Of a stretch of DNA of 64,000 nt, positions 1 through 11,541 are shown in pieces (position 1 is the stretch's first letter; each line of letters opens with the position of its first letter). The translations under genes and the position numbers were made by a program. The notes beneath the pieces were generated by a model. That model was given only the letters and a program-made list of their open reading frames with translations, was not told where the DNA came from and searched no databases. The stretch comes from Phyllobates terribilis (taxonomy: Eukaryota), in assembly GCF_046119375.1 (NCBI RefSeq), contig NW_027362773.1, forward strand, positions 187,550,001 to 187,614,000, read 5' to 3'.

Positions 1-608
1 ATTGGTATAAGTGCAATAAGTGCATGTTCACACTGTGGTTATTTAATAGAAAACATGTAAGATAAAGGTTTTGCCTGTTGAAATGGCCACAGTGTGAACG
101 TGCTCCTACACATTGCACATGTACCAAATTATCCTGCGGCTCATTTTTTTGGTTTCCTGTACTTTGTACAAACAGGAGCATGGCTCCCCCTTTTTTGAGC
201 TAGGCATTTCATTTATATAGCTTTCCATGGGTAGGTGTCTCAAGAATCGGGTCTCAGTCCTGCTGTGCCCCAATCTACATTGAGGTCGGCTTACAAAAGG
301 TAAGGTTTTAATACTAGAAGATAGGACTGTCCCGATTGGGTGCACCTTGTCGTGGTAGGATGGCTTTTTTGATCAAAATAGTGGTAACTGAGTCCCCTAT
401 GTTATTTACATGTATTACTATTTACGTACTACAGGGAATATGCTCATTTTGTTTTTATCTTATGGTTTGAAGTTTGTAGACTATATCTATGGAGACATAC
501 AGCTAAAGATACGAAATAGGAGACGCTGTTGGCAAAGTTGCTTTATCATTTACTGTAGATACATTGGTGCAGTACAAAAATGGTTGCAAGGCTGGACATT
601 ATCTTTAA

Positions 609-1006
609 AGGGAATCTGTCACCTAATGAGGGCAGCATATTGTAGAGACAGAGACCCTGATTCCAGCAATGTGTCACTTACTGGGCTGCTTGGTGCAGTT
701 TTGATAAAAATCACTGTTTTCTCAGCAGGAGATTACCACTGGAGGACTAGTAAACCTGCTGCCAGGTAGTCCAACCACACCCCCATCACTAATTGGCAGC
801 TTTCTGCCTATGCACAGTGTACACCAGACAGCCAATCAGTGGAGTGGGTGGGGTTATACAAAGCTCAGCGTTCAGAGAACTGCTAGATCTGCTGTAGATA
901 AAACAGTGATTTTATCTAAAGTGACACCTCGCTGGAATCAGGATCTCTGCCTCTATATTATGCTGCTCTCAAATGGCGTAGTAAGAACCTGGTCACAGTT
1001 TCCCTT
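609..1006. mobile_element. T2/Kolobok-type MITE
   Basis: TTAA at 605-608 and 1007-1010; inverted termini AGGGAATCTGTCAC...GTCACAGTTTCCCT; non-coding. Confidence 0.65.
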
Positions 1007-1393
1007 TTAATTCCATTTTTGGATAACATTTGTTCAAAATTTTGAACCATAAAAAATATGTTGTATCTTGAAATCCAGATTTGTTTTCCTCCTTTTTTAA
1101 CTGTAGACTATGAAGCAATGTGTATATAACCCACTTTCCGCACTGACATCATGGAGCTAATTTGTGACAACCTTCTCATCTGTGAAGCAGATATTCTTTC
1201 ACAATCAACATGATACATGATATACATGATACAGAGCCAAAAAAGACTGACTGAAGTGGAAATTATTCATCTGCTTCGTGAGTATCATATGACTAATAGC
1301 GGCTCGGGATTTATGCCTGATTTTTTGGCAACTACAGAATCCCCTAACAGAAGGGGACATTACAGTCAATCGAGCCCCCAATCCTGAAGATTT

Positions 1394-2617
1394 TGTAGCA
1401 CCCTGAGGATTCGGCTGCTACAGGGGTATTGCACCTCAACCCAGAGGTGTGATATTCCACTCCCGGGTAAGGATGGAGTGTGGATCTGAGCTCGGTAGGC
1501 TGCATGCACTACACACATCCCATTTCCGAGGAGCAGACCGACGGTACTCCCACTTAGAAATGTGCAGGTACGACCGAGTCTGTTCCTGGCTGGAGTGGGA
1601 GGGGGGGTGGTACATCCCATGTAGTGTAGGGGCAGATAGGGGGAGCAGCCTGGGTAAAGTTAGGAGCTCATTGGGTGCTGGTCACCTGAGCTCACACATA
1701 GAGGGTGTATATAAGGTGGGCACCAACTAAGATCAGGGTCAGATGCAGAGGATCAGATGCAGAGAGGATCAGCTGCAGAGAACAAGTCAGGAGAGGGGAG
1801 AAGAAAGATCAAGACCCAGAGTGAGAGAGGAGAAAAGAGAGAGACAGAGCACAGAGGAGAAGGACTCTGAGATCCCAACTAAAAGCAGCGGGTGAAGAGT
1901 CGGCATCAGGGTACCGGAACCCAAGCTGGTGGGGGTAAAGACATTCCCCAGCCAGAGACCGGAGACCGTGGGCAGCGTTTGCCACGGTCACCCATCACAT
2001 CCACCCCGAAGGCACACCACATGAAGGGTCAGGGAACCCAGGGCCAAGGGTGTCCCAACAGAAGGCCCGAGGGAGCTGGACCTAGGTGGATTACTGGTGG
2101 GGACGGCCAGAGAACGGGACAGAAAGAGAGCTCAGGGCCACGCTCCGGACTTGTTTGGGGGTTGGCTGGATCCAGGACCTGGTGGACGCAGCACGGCTCG
2201 GGTGGTCACTAGCAGCTGGAGTGACCAGTACAACATCTGCAGTAAGTAAACACCCTTAACTGCACAACCCGACTCTGTCTTCACTGCCGTCTGCACTACA
2301 CCACCACAACCCCCATCCTCTGCGCCTGTCCCCTCTGAGGCTATACCCCTCCCGTTGGGGGTTATCCCACCAAGCTGCGCACCCACCATCAGCCTCAGCG
2401 GAACCTGCTGCAGCGGCGGCCCCAGTGACCGCATCACAACGGGTGGCGTAGTCGACACAAAAGAACTCTTAATAACATCTGTAGGACTGCCACATAACAC
2501 TTAGCTTGACGCCCTGGGCACGGGGCCGGGTCACAGCCGCTCGGAGACTACAACCCCCCATCTGATCCGGTGCCGGGTATTCCCCTCAAAAAGGAATATG
2601 TCCCAGGGGGCGCGTCA
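1394..2617 (+). repeat. 5' LTR (1224 bp)
   Basis: Starts TGTAGCACCC, ends GCGCGTCA; TATA-like TATATAA at 1708-1714; direct repeat of 5156-6381. Confidence 0.95.
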
Positions 2618-4670
2618 ACTTTGGCGTAGTCGGCAGGATTACGTGCCCGCAACACCCGGGTACTGCGTGCCTGAAGAAAAGTGCAAGTTTACCTCAGAAA
2701 GAAGTCTCCCGCCGGTTCCGGAGGGTCCACGCCATCGGACTCCATCACCAGTCGTTTCCCGCCGATTGTCCGCCATTTCCAACTTGTTCCCGCCATCTGC
2801 AGAGTTTCCCGCCACTGGGCGACGCTTCCCGCCAAAACCGCAGATTTCCCGCCTTGGAAGAGCAGCGGACGCCATTATGGGCGTGCCAAAGGAGGGCAGG
2901 AGGCCGCCTCCCATCGTGGGCCAGGACAGAAAATGGCGCCAAAAGTGGAAACCGCCCCCACCAACAGAGACTGTGATGCTGGAGGTGTCTGTCAGCGTGA
3001 AAGAACTACCCCTGGAGCTGACAGTCACCGAGTTGCCCCGGGACCGCCCTCGAAGTGGGAGGAGACGAAAGAAAAGAACGAAGATGGGTGCCGCCTGGAG
3101 CAGTCTGGAGCGAGTGCACCCGGAGGCAGGAAGCCTGGAGAAGAGTAGCAGAGAAGCTCACCCGGAGATGTCCAGAGAGCAGAGCAGCACCGGCCCGCTG
3201 GCCAGGAGCCTGCTGGAAGAAGAGCAGAGCAGCACCGACCCGTTGGTCAGGAGCCTGCTGGACACCACGACCCCACTAGGCCCAGTGGAGGTCCTTGCAC
3301 AGCTCCCCCGAGACCGGGAGTGTGCACAGACTGCCCTGGAGGGTCTCGCACGGAGGATGGCCCGGGTACAGCGCGAGATATTGGCGGAATGGAGCCGGGA
3401 GATGGCCCAGCAAGCTGAAACCAAGACGCAAGCTGAAACCAAGACCCGGAGCACGCCAGCCAAGATGAGGAAGGAGACCGCCTCTGAGGATGGCGCGGGA
3501 GGACCCAAGGCCGGAGACGGCGCCGAGAAGGGAGCCGAACGCATGGAGGCAGGTAAAGGGGACGCCTATACCCCAAGCCGTGACACCGCTTACCTACCCC
3601 AGCTCCCCGTCGCAGAGCCCGAAAGTCCCCCTGCTGTGCCCGAAAACGCCATGTCACCGACGCAGACTAGGCCCCAACCGGAAGCCACCGCCGCGACCCC
3701 TGTGACGTCACACGCCTCGACCCCGAGCGTGACCAAGCAGGAAGTACCACCAGCCTGGTCGCAGGGCCTAGAATTCCCGGGCGCCGCAACACCAACAGCG
3801 CCCCCTACCTCCGCGGAGCCTCCGGCCTGGCCGCAAGGCCAGGTAGCCCAGGGCGCCGCCGTCCTAACGGTGCCCTTCACCTTCCAGGTGCCCCAGGCCT
3901 GGCCGCAAGGCCTGGGCAACCCGGGCGCCACCACCACCGCGCCCGCACCCGTAAAACCAAGGGTGCCGCGTCTGGGAGAGGACTTGTTTGCCCAGCACAC
4001 GTGGCCGGACGGGCAGCCTTTCATCTGGCCCCAGAAGTATTACGAACTGGAGCACCAGAGGAGGGTTGGGGCCATGTGTGCACCCCTGTTTCCGGCTCCG
4101 AAGCCCGTAATAAGGATCTCGCCCCCGCTAGCGGAAGCGCAGTTTGAGTGGGACCCCACCGGAGAAGATCTAATGGGGTTCACTCAGGAAACCAGGGCAG
4201 CTGCAGCGGAGCGTGCTGAGTGCTGCCGCCAACAGCTTGAGGAGTTTGCGAGGGAGCGGAGAGAGAGGCGGGTCCGGGAACAGCAAGCTCAAGTGAGGAG
4301 CGCGGAGCAGAAGAGCCGGACCAGGAGGGACCCCCGTGCAGCGCATTATCCCCGCACCATCGGGACAGTGATAAAGTTCAACCAGCAGCACGGGTGGGGC
4401 TTCATTAGAGACAACAACACCCCCGGCGACGTCTTTGTCACGCGCAGAGACGTGGAGTCCCATCTGCCGGAGGGGCACAGAGGTCGTGACCTCTACATCG
4501 GAGACGAGGTCACCTTCACCCGGCACAAGTGTGCCAAAGGACCTTACGCCCTCCACGTACACCGCCTGACGGAGGAGGAGTTGCGGTGCGAGGAGGAGGA
4601 GCAAGAGGACCCGGACGGGTCTGAAGTTACCACCAGCAAAAAGCAAAGAGCAGGAGGAAGACGCCGTTGA
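2598..4670 (+). CDS. Element-encoded protein: Pro/Ala-rich low-complexity region, charged helical segment and C-terminal cold-shock domain (YBX/Lin28-like)
   Basis: Uninterrupted 690-codon ORF; first ATG is in U5, and a better-context ATG is at 2877. About 4353-4569 encodes RTIGTVIKFNQQHGWGFIRDNNTPGDVFVTRRDV...LYIGDEVTF...KGPYALHV, matching the CSD pattern GTVKWFN..GYGFI.....DVFVH (RNP1/RNP2). Confidence 0.8.
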   Translation: MSQGARQLWRSRQDYVPATPGYCVPEEKCKFTSERSLPPVPEGPRHRTPSPVVSRRLSAISNLFPPSAEFPATGRRFPPKPQISRLGRAADAIMGVPKEGRRPPPIVGQDRKWRQKWKPPPPTETVMLEVSVSVKELPLELTVTELPRDRPRSGRRRKKRTKMGAAWSSLERVHPEAGSLEKSSREAHPEMSREQSSTGPLARSLLEEEQSSTDPLVRSLLDTTTPLGPVEVLAQLPRDRECAQTALEGLARRMARVQREILAEWSREMAQQAETKTQAETKTRSTPAKMRKETASEDGAGGPKAGDGAEKGAERMEAGKGDAYTPSRDTAYLPQLPVAEPESPPAVPENAMSPTQTRPQPEATAATPVTSHASTPSVTKQEVPPAWSQGLEFPGAATPTAPPTSAEPPAWPQGQVAQGAAVLTVPFTFQVPQAWPQGLGNPGATTTAPAPVKPRVPRLGEDLFAQHTWPDGQPFIWPQKYYELEHQRRVGAMCAPLFPAPKPVIRISPPLAEAQFEWDPTGEDLMGFTQETRAAAAERAECCRQQLEEFARERRERRVREQQAQVRSAEQKSRTRRDPRAAHYPRTIGTVIKFNQQHGWGFIRDNNTPGDVFVTRRDVESHLPEGHRGRDLYIGDEVTFTRHKCAKGPYALHVHRLTEEELRCEEEEQEDPDGSEVTTSKKQRAGGRRR
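2622..2640 (+). promoter_or_regulatory. Primer-binding site complementary to the tRNA-Ser 3' end
   Basis: TGGCGTAGTCGGCAGGATT is the reverse complement of AATCCTGCCGACTACGCCA, the 3' end (with CCA) of vertebrate tRNA-Ser; lies 4 nt after the 5' LTR. Confidence 0.9.
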
Positions 4671-5155
4671 GTGCGGCAGAGAAGTGCTGTAGATAGTTAC
4701 CCAATCGGGGTATAAAGAAACTGAAACTGTTGATACTTATATATAGTCCCCGTTGGGACCAGCTGAGTGAACTGTTTACCCGTTAACCCCTTAATCCCAC
4801 AGGCTGAGGACTGTGAGCAGCCATTCCCTTCCCTCTACCTGGCCGAGGACTGAGAGCGGCCAACTTCCAACTTCCCCTGTATATAGTTGCGCGTCCTAAA
4901 GCGCCCCCTACCGGTTTTATAGGAAAATCAGTTTTTCTAAGAGACTGTCGCACTTTTCCCGGACACACGTTGCACAGTGTCCGGAGGAGGAGGAACCAGA
5001 AACAAGAGACGACGAGAAAGTTTTATCTGCTAAGATATGTTATTTATATAATGTTTTATATGTTTTATTATGTTTATATGAAAAATTTGTATGTTTTGGT
5101 GATGTTTTTTTTGTCTTTACAGCCCGAGGACGTGCTGTGATTTACCAGGGGGGAA

Positions 5156-6381
5156 TGTAGCACCCTGAGGATTCGGCTGCTACAGGGGTATTGCACCTCA
5201 ACCCAGAGGTGTGATATTCCACTCCCGGGTAAGGATGGAGTGTGGATCTGAGCTCGGTAGGCTGCATGCACTACACACATCCCATTTCCGAGGAGCAGAC
5301 CGACGGTACTCCCACTTAGAAATGTGCAGGTACGACCGAGTCTGTTCCTGGCTGGAGTGGGAGGGGGGGTGGTACATCCCATGTAGTGTAGGGGCAGATA
5401 GGGGGAGCAGCCTGGGTAAAGTTAGGAGCTCATTGGGTGCTGGTCACCTGAGCTCACACATAGAGGGTGTATATAAGGTGGGCACCAACTAAGATCAGGG
5501 TCAGATGCAGAGGATCAGATGCAGAGAGGATCAGCTGCAGAGAACAAGTCAGGAGAGGGGAGAAGAAAGATCAAGACCCAGAGTGAGAGAGGAGAAAAGA
5601 GAGAGACCCAGAGCACAGAGGAGAAGGACTCTGAGATCCCAACTAAAAGCAGCGGGTGAAGAGTCGGCATCAGGGTACCGGAACCCAAGCTGGTGGGGGT
5701 AAAGACATTCCCCAGCCAGAGACCGGAGACCGTGGGCAGCGTTTGCCACGGTCACCCATCACATCCACCCCGAAGGCACACCACATGAAGGGTCAGGGAA
5801 CCCAGGGCCAAGGGTGTCCCAACAGAAGGCCCGAGGGAGCTGGACCTAGGTGGATTACTGGTGGGGACGGCCAGAGAACGGGACAGAAAGAGAGCTCAGG
5901 GCCACGCTCCGGACTTGTTTGGGGGTTGGCTGGATCCAGGACCTGGTGGACGCAGCACGGCTCGGGTGGTCACTAGCAGCTGGAGTGACCAGTACAACAT
6001 CTGCAGTAAGTAAACACCCTTAACTGCACAACCCGACTCTGTCTTCACTGCCGTCTGCACTACACCACCACAACCCCCATCCTCTGCGCCTGTCCCCTCT
6101 GAGGCTATACCCCTCCCGTTGGGGGTTATCCCACCAAGCTGCGCACCCACCATCAGCCTCAGCGGAACCTGCTGCAGCGGCGGCCCCAGTGACCGCATCA
6201 CAACGGGTGGCGTAGTCGACACAAAAGAACTCTTAATAACATCTGTAGGACTGCCACATAACACTTAGCTTGACGCCCTGGGCACGGGGCCGGGTCACAG
6301 CCGCTCGGAGACTACAACCCCCCATCTGATCCGGTGCCGGGTATTCCCCTCAAAAAGGAATATGTCCCAGGGGGCGCGTCA
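5156..6381 (+). repeat. 3' LTR (1226 bp)
   Basis: Direct repeat of the 5' LTR; coordinate offset shifts from 3762 to 3764, consistent with one visible 2-bp (CC) indel. Confidence 0.95.
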
Positions 6382-7121
6382 ATTTCACTCATTGAAATGT
6401 TCCAGCCTATGAGCCTTAATTCTCCATTAGATAAGTGATACCTGGTATCTGTATCCAGAGAGTATACAGAATTGTTTTCCTTGGGCACAAAAGAACTTTA
6501 AGCCTTTTTGTTTTTCATTTTAGTATAATAAGAGAAAGATCTAACAATTCTTTGGGGCATTCCATTATTCAAAAGTTTTGCCAAGTTTTTCTGGCTGGTA
6601 TAAAGTTTGATAGATGAGTTGAAATTTAGGGCAAAAGTTAAAGTGCTCCTCTGAACAAGTGTATCATTTGGGGGTGCGGTTTCAAATGGAACCTGTCATG
6701 TTAAAAAATAGTCTCTGATCTGCAGGCGGGATGTTGTAGAGCAGGAGGAGCTGATCAGATTGATATATATCTTTGTGGAAAAAGTTTTACTGAAACTTGC
6801 ATTTTATTCATTGAAAAACATGAGTCTGGTGGGCGGTCCTACTGATGATTAACAGTCTTCCCTTTATATCTGTGCATGCAGAGATAACTGTCAATCACTT
6901 GTAGGACCGCCCACTGGACTCTTATGTATACAAACACCAGGGATGTCAATAAATTACAAGTTATGCTAAATCTTTACCAACAAACCTAAATTTCATTGTG
7001 CTCAGTGTCTCCGTCTCTATTCCGTGCTGCCCACAGATTGGACTGTATGTACACCATGAAGTATTGCTATGATCAATTAACCAGACTCTGCTGCACTGTC
7101 GATTGGAAATTAGAGCTAACC

Positions 7122-7732
7122 TGTCACGGGTGTGTCAGGTGTGACAGACAGTCGCTCTGGAGCCGGCTGCAGAAGGTCACTGCGCTTGGCATTGCAGACA
7201 CCTTCTTGATCCTCTCATCTCTTTAGTATTGTTATATCCTTCTGCCTTTAGGACCCAGCAGCTACCTCCACCTTCTGCTGCTGATTGACACACCCTTGCT
7301 TGGTAGTTAAAAACTCTCAGTTTCTCCAGAGAGGCGCCGGTGATAGTTCTATGTACCTCTGTGTTGGCTTAGAGCACTAGCAGTTGGCTAGTTTCTTCTC
7401 TGGTGCCCTTGGAGGACAGTTGGCGTTATCTCTCTGGTGTCTGCTCAAGCTAAGTGTATCCCCTTTGTTTGTTTACCTTTTTTGTCTTTAGTTTATAGTG
7501 GGGATTGACTAGTGCTCACCCAGTCCCCTCCCTATCTAGGGCCAAGCTCTAGGGACATTCAGGAATTAGGTTTCCTGCTCAGCGATAGGTGCTGAACCTT
7601 TATAGGGACGACAGGGTAGGCAGGGTGATATTAGATCTGTCTAGGGGTCTCCACCCCCCTTAGCCTAGTGTTTGGGATTCCTTCCCCTCTCCCTTCGTGT
7701 TGCACTTAGTCTTTCCCTCTGCTTGCGTGACA
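7122..7732 (+). mobile_element. Solo LTR (Gypsy-type), 611 bp
   Basis: TGTCACG...CGTGACA termini; 5-bp TSD TAACC (7117-7121, 7733-7737). Confidence 0.85.
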
Positions 7733-9581
7733 TAACCTCAAATGAGCCTCCGGTCTTTCAGTGACTCCGGTTGCTTCTCTCCTCTCCCATATGTTTTACA
7801 CTGCAGCACTAATTGTTTAGATTGACAACTGTGTATAAGCCAACAACAAGTTCATTAGGAATACATTGCATGGAGGTGGAAGATAAATAATCATATACAA
7901 TGTTGCAACGAGAGTGTCAATTAAGCATCTATACAGGAGCACATGAGAGGAGGTCCAGGAAAATATCTGTAACATCACAATGATTTTCATATTACTCCAA
8001 ACAAATCTGGTTTTGTTAATACAAGCTAGAAATATATATACTTCTTGTCAGGAGCAGATACAGACAGAGGAGGCCCCTGTACAAGAACAATATAGGGGCC
8101 CCTTGAAGTCCAATAGCTCATCATAATGCACAATTTTGCTTTAGAGACAGTGGCCCCCTTACCTCTTGGGCCCCTGTGCTGCTGCATAGGTTGCACCATG
8201 TCTGCCCCTGCGTCTGGGTCAAGTGATCCAAATCTGATTTTTTTTTTTTACCCTATGTCTTCGGATTTTTTTTTTTTCTTAAAAAAAAAATATTTTACAA
8301 TTTTATCTTCATTGGTTAATTTTTTTTCTAGATTTCTAAAGTTTTGAAAGTCTGAATTTTGGGCTTGTATGATGTTAAATTTTTATCATATTTCGAGTTA
8401 GGAATAAGATAAAGAGATGGGAGAGGCACCGTTTTGTTTAGAACGGTACAGGCTTTAATTTGATATGTCACAAGATTATGTTTGTTGATATTTTGCATTT
8501 GAGGAATCAAATTCAAAATTTTGATGCTCAATTTTGAAGAAAACAATGTTATAAAATTTTCAAAAAAGGCATATGTGCTACATGAGTTCTTGGTTACATT
8601 TCTACAAGGATTCAAGTTGGGCTCTCCTTAGGATCATTTTTTTAAGTGCGATTTTCTAAATACAGTCTCATCCTAATCATATGTTAGAATGAGAATCTGC
8701 TCAGGTTGTCCGTTACTGGGCAGACCTGGGAGATATGACTGGATTGGTGAAGAGCAGTCTGAGCGGGAAGATTTGAGTGTGTATAACGCTCATCTCACGG
8801 TCCACTCAGCCGTTCGTCGTGTAAAGAAGCAGCGAATGATCCCTCCATCCTCCTAATATCTAAAAAAAAAACATGACTTTTTTAATAGGAAAACTTAGAC
8901 CCTACCCTTTTAGACCACAAGCTGAACAGATCTGAATTCAAGATTTTCGCATTGACACTATTTATATAGTTGTTTTTTTTTTGCTATTTTTTATAAGTAT
9001 GATCCCATTGAGAGCCCAGCTTGAATTCTGGTACAGATGTGGCTAGGAGAATAGGAGGCACATGTGATTTTTTTTTTTGCAAATTTAATATCATATTGAT
9101 TTCTTAGAAATGCGTTTTGAAATTTTGCATTTGATTCCGCATGGGTAAAATATTTAACAAAGATACTCTTGTGACATATCTGTTGAAAGCCTGTACTGTT
9201 CGGAGTTAAATGGTGTTTTTCCCATTCCCCTATCTTGGTTCTTGCCTGAGTTATGAGGAGAAATGTAAAGGCATACAACACAGAAATTCTCATCTTTTTC
9301 ACAGCTTTGAAAATTAATTTAAAAAAAAACTAAAATGTATAGAATTTTTTTTTCATCACATTTTGCATCCTCTAACACAGTATTACCAAAGAACAAATTC
9401 TCAAAAGAAATAAAAATATAGTGGTAATATTCATTGGTTCACTTCACATGGAATGACCCGGCTGGTGACTTCTTTAACATAGTGATAAAATGTAATTTTA
9501 GATAATTTTTCAGAATAAGCTGCCCTGTGTACACGAGGAATAACACTATTTCTGGCCATTATATGACTTGTATCTTGCATT

Positions 9582-10623
9582 TGTAGTGTGGTGCAGGGTG
9601 ATAGTTGTGGGCGAGGGGAGCATCCGCGACACCCCGACACGTTACGTGAAAATGGGGGTCCTGGTTGGGTGTATGAACTTGTGTTGCTTTGGCAATACGC
9701 ATTTGAAGATGCTGCTGTACTCGGCTGGCCAGGACCAGATGTTACGGAGTAAAATGAGCAAGACCACTGTTCAAAAATAAACTTCTTTTACTGAAGATTA
9801 ATATATTAGAACCTATATACAGCAGATAGTAGGTATGAATCTTCATGGACGTTTCTTTAGCAATATGCAACATCACACACCTTTCCTTCCTTACTGAAAT
9901 TGCTCTGCTCTTCTCAGTGCCCCTCTCTAATATTAGTACAGCCCAGCCAACTATCTTGGGCGCTTCCATCTTCCTCAACATCACTAAAGTCCAGTCAGCA
10001 AGAGTCTTAAACTCCATCATGTAGTAATGCGTCCTTCTCTCCTTAGGAGAGTTTGTGCCAGTATGGCAATTACTTAGCTTCCTTTAGTACTGATGCTTAG
10101 TAACTATCACGCGCTGCATATTCCCTTCTTCTTGCTTTCCGTTCCCTTTTACGTTACATTACTTTTCTGGCTGATAACTCTGTACTATCCAAATGGGCTT
10201 CCTGACCCCGGCCTCAATGCTCTTTCTTTGTCCCTCTGCTCCACCTCCTGACTGAATTCTCTCTTCAGAGTCTTACTATCTGCTCCTCTTGTCTCCATCT
10301 TGCCACACAAACACCCATTACATGCGGATCTGCCAACCTTCATACCTTAGGTCTGATACTGCTGAAGGCTGGACCCTATCTGAATAACTACCAGGAAGTC
10401 CTCTCCTGTATCCCCATGTAGCTCCTCCCATCCTGGGCTAGTCCCAACTCTTAACTCTATCTATACTTACCAACTAACTGTTGCTGGGCAGAACACAATC
10501 TCATCACATAACAATACAAATCATTAGGCATGCAATACAGTGCATGTGCAAAAACAACAAAATGCATCATATCAGCTCTGATTCTTCAAGGGAGGGGGAT
10601 GATAGCCTCTACACTCCCTTACA
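9582..10623. mobile_element. Solo LTR, 1042 bp
   Basis: TGTAG...TTACA termini; 4-bp TSD CATT (9578-9581, 10624-10627). Confidence 0.75.
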
Positions 10624-10790
10624 CATTTTTCACCAGATTTACCTCTGCAGACGATCTCTAATTTTCAGTTGCGCCTGAGCTAGTGGGACACAACCAGCTA
10701 GCTGGCTTGGGATCATGATAATGGTACTAAAGGTCTTCCATAAAGCTTAGGTCTAGGAAAATTGACCTATAATACATTATTAAAGCTTAA

Positions 10791-11535
10791 AGGGGTTATC
10801 CAGGTCCATATAAGGTTTTTTTTTGTTTTTTTTACTGTGGGTCTAAGAACTATCTGCCTGTTGTGCCTGGCACCGATCTCTGCCAGCAAAGAATGGTCAT
10901 AGATCGCTCCTGTCAGAGATTCAGTGGCTTCCACCGACATCATATCGACAGAGCGCTGCTCTGTTGATGGGGTGTGACTACTGATGTCATTCTGATTGAC
11001 AGCCGGCTCCCCGCTGCCTAACTGCGGGGAACCAGCTGTCAATCATCATGATGTTAGCAGTCACGCCCCATCAACAGAGTAGCCTGCAAGAAGAAGAGCT
11101 GCTCTGCTGACATAGAGCAGCTGAATTGCCAGCAGGAGAGGTCAGTGACCACTCTGAGCCAACACTCTGAACAGGCAGATAGCTGCCTCTGTTAGCTTTT
11201 AGGCTCACATGAAAAAAAAAGTCTTGGATAACACCTTTAAAGGTTTATTTCCATATTTAGAAGTTATCACCTATCTTTAATAGAGCCCAGTATGAATGGA
11301 GCAATGGTCTGCAATGTGCACCACCTCACCATTCATTTTCCATGTAACTGCTGAAAAAAAGCTGTGTGGTATATGCTCAACTTTTTCTGACAGTGCAATA
11401 GAGAATAAATGGAGAGGTGGTGCACATGTTCTGTTATTGCTCCATTCTCAGAATTGGTGGAGGCCCCTGACTGATCTGCAGCTTATCATCTATTTTATTG
11501 ATAGGTTATAACTTTTAAAGAAGGGAAGTAACCCT
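10791..11535. mobile_element. Two adjacent T2/Kolobok-type MITEs (10791-11236, 11241-11535) sharing a TTAA
   Basis: TTAA at 10787-10790, 11237-11240 and 11536-11539; AGG...CCT termini; internal palindromic arms. Confidence 0.65.
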
Positions 11536-11541
11536 TTAACC

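Larger units (their letters stand above)
1394..6381 (+). mobile_element. Complete non-autonomous LTR retrotransposon (probably Ty3/Gypsy-related) carrying a cold-shock-domain ORF
   Basis: TG...CA LTRs at 1394-2617 and 5156-6381; 4-bp TSD ATTT (1390-1393, 6382-6385); PBS at 2622-2640; PPT AGGGGGGGAA at 5146-5155; 2.5-kb internal region with no RT, integrase or protease motifs. Confidence 0.95.

Noticed and set aside
221-299. Possible small plus-strand exon (AG...GTAAGG) reading FPWVGVSRIGSQSCCAPIYIEVGLQK
   Set aside because: No recognisable homology and no partner exons found; splice-like sites of this strength occur by chance.
1366-2500. Short ORFs duplicated at 5074-6264
   Set aside because: They recur only because they lie in the two LTRs; no domain similarity.
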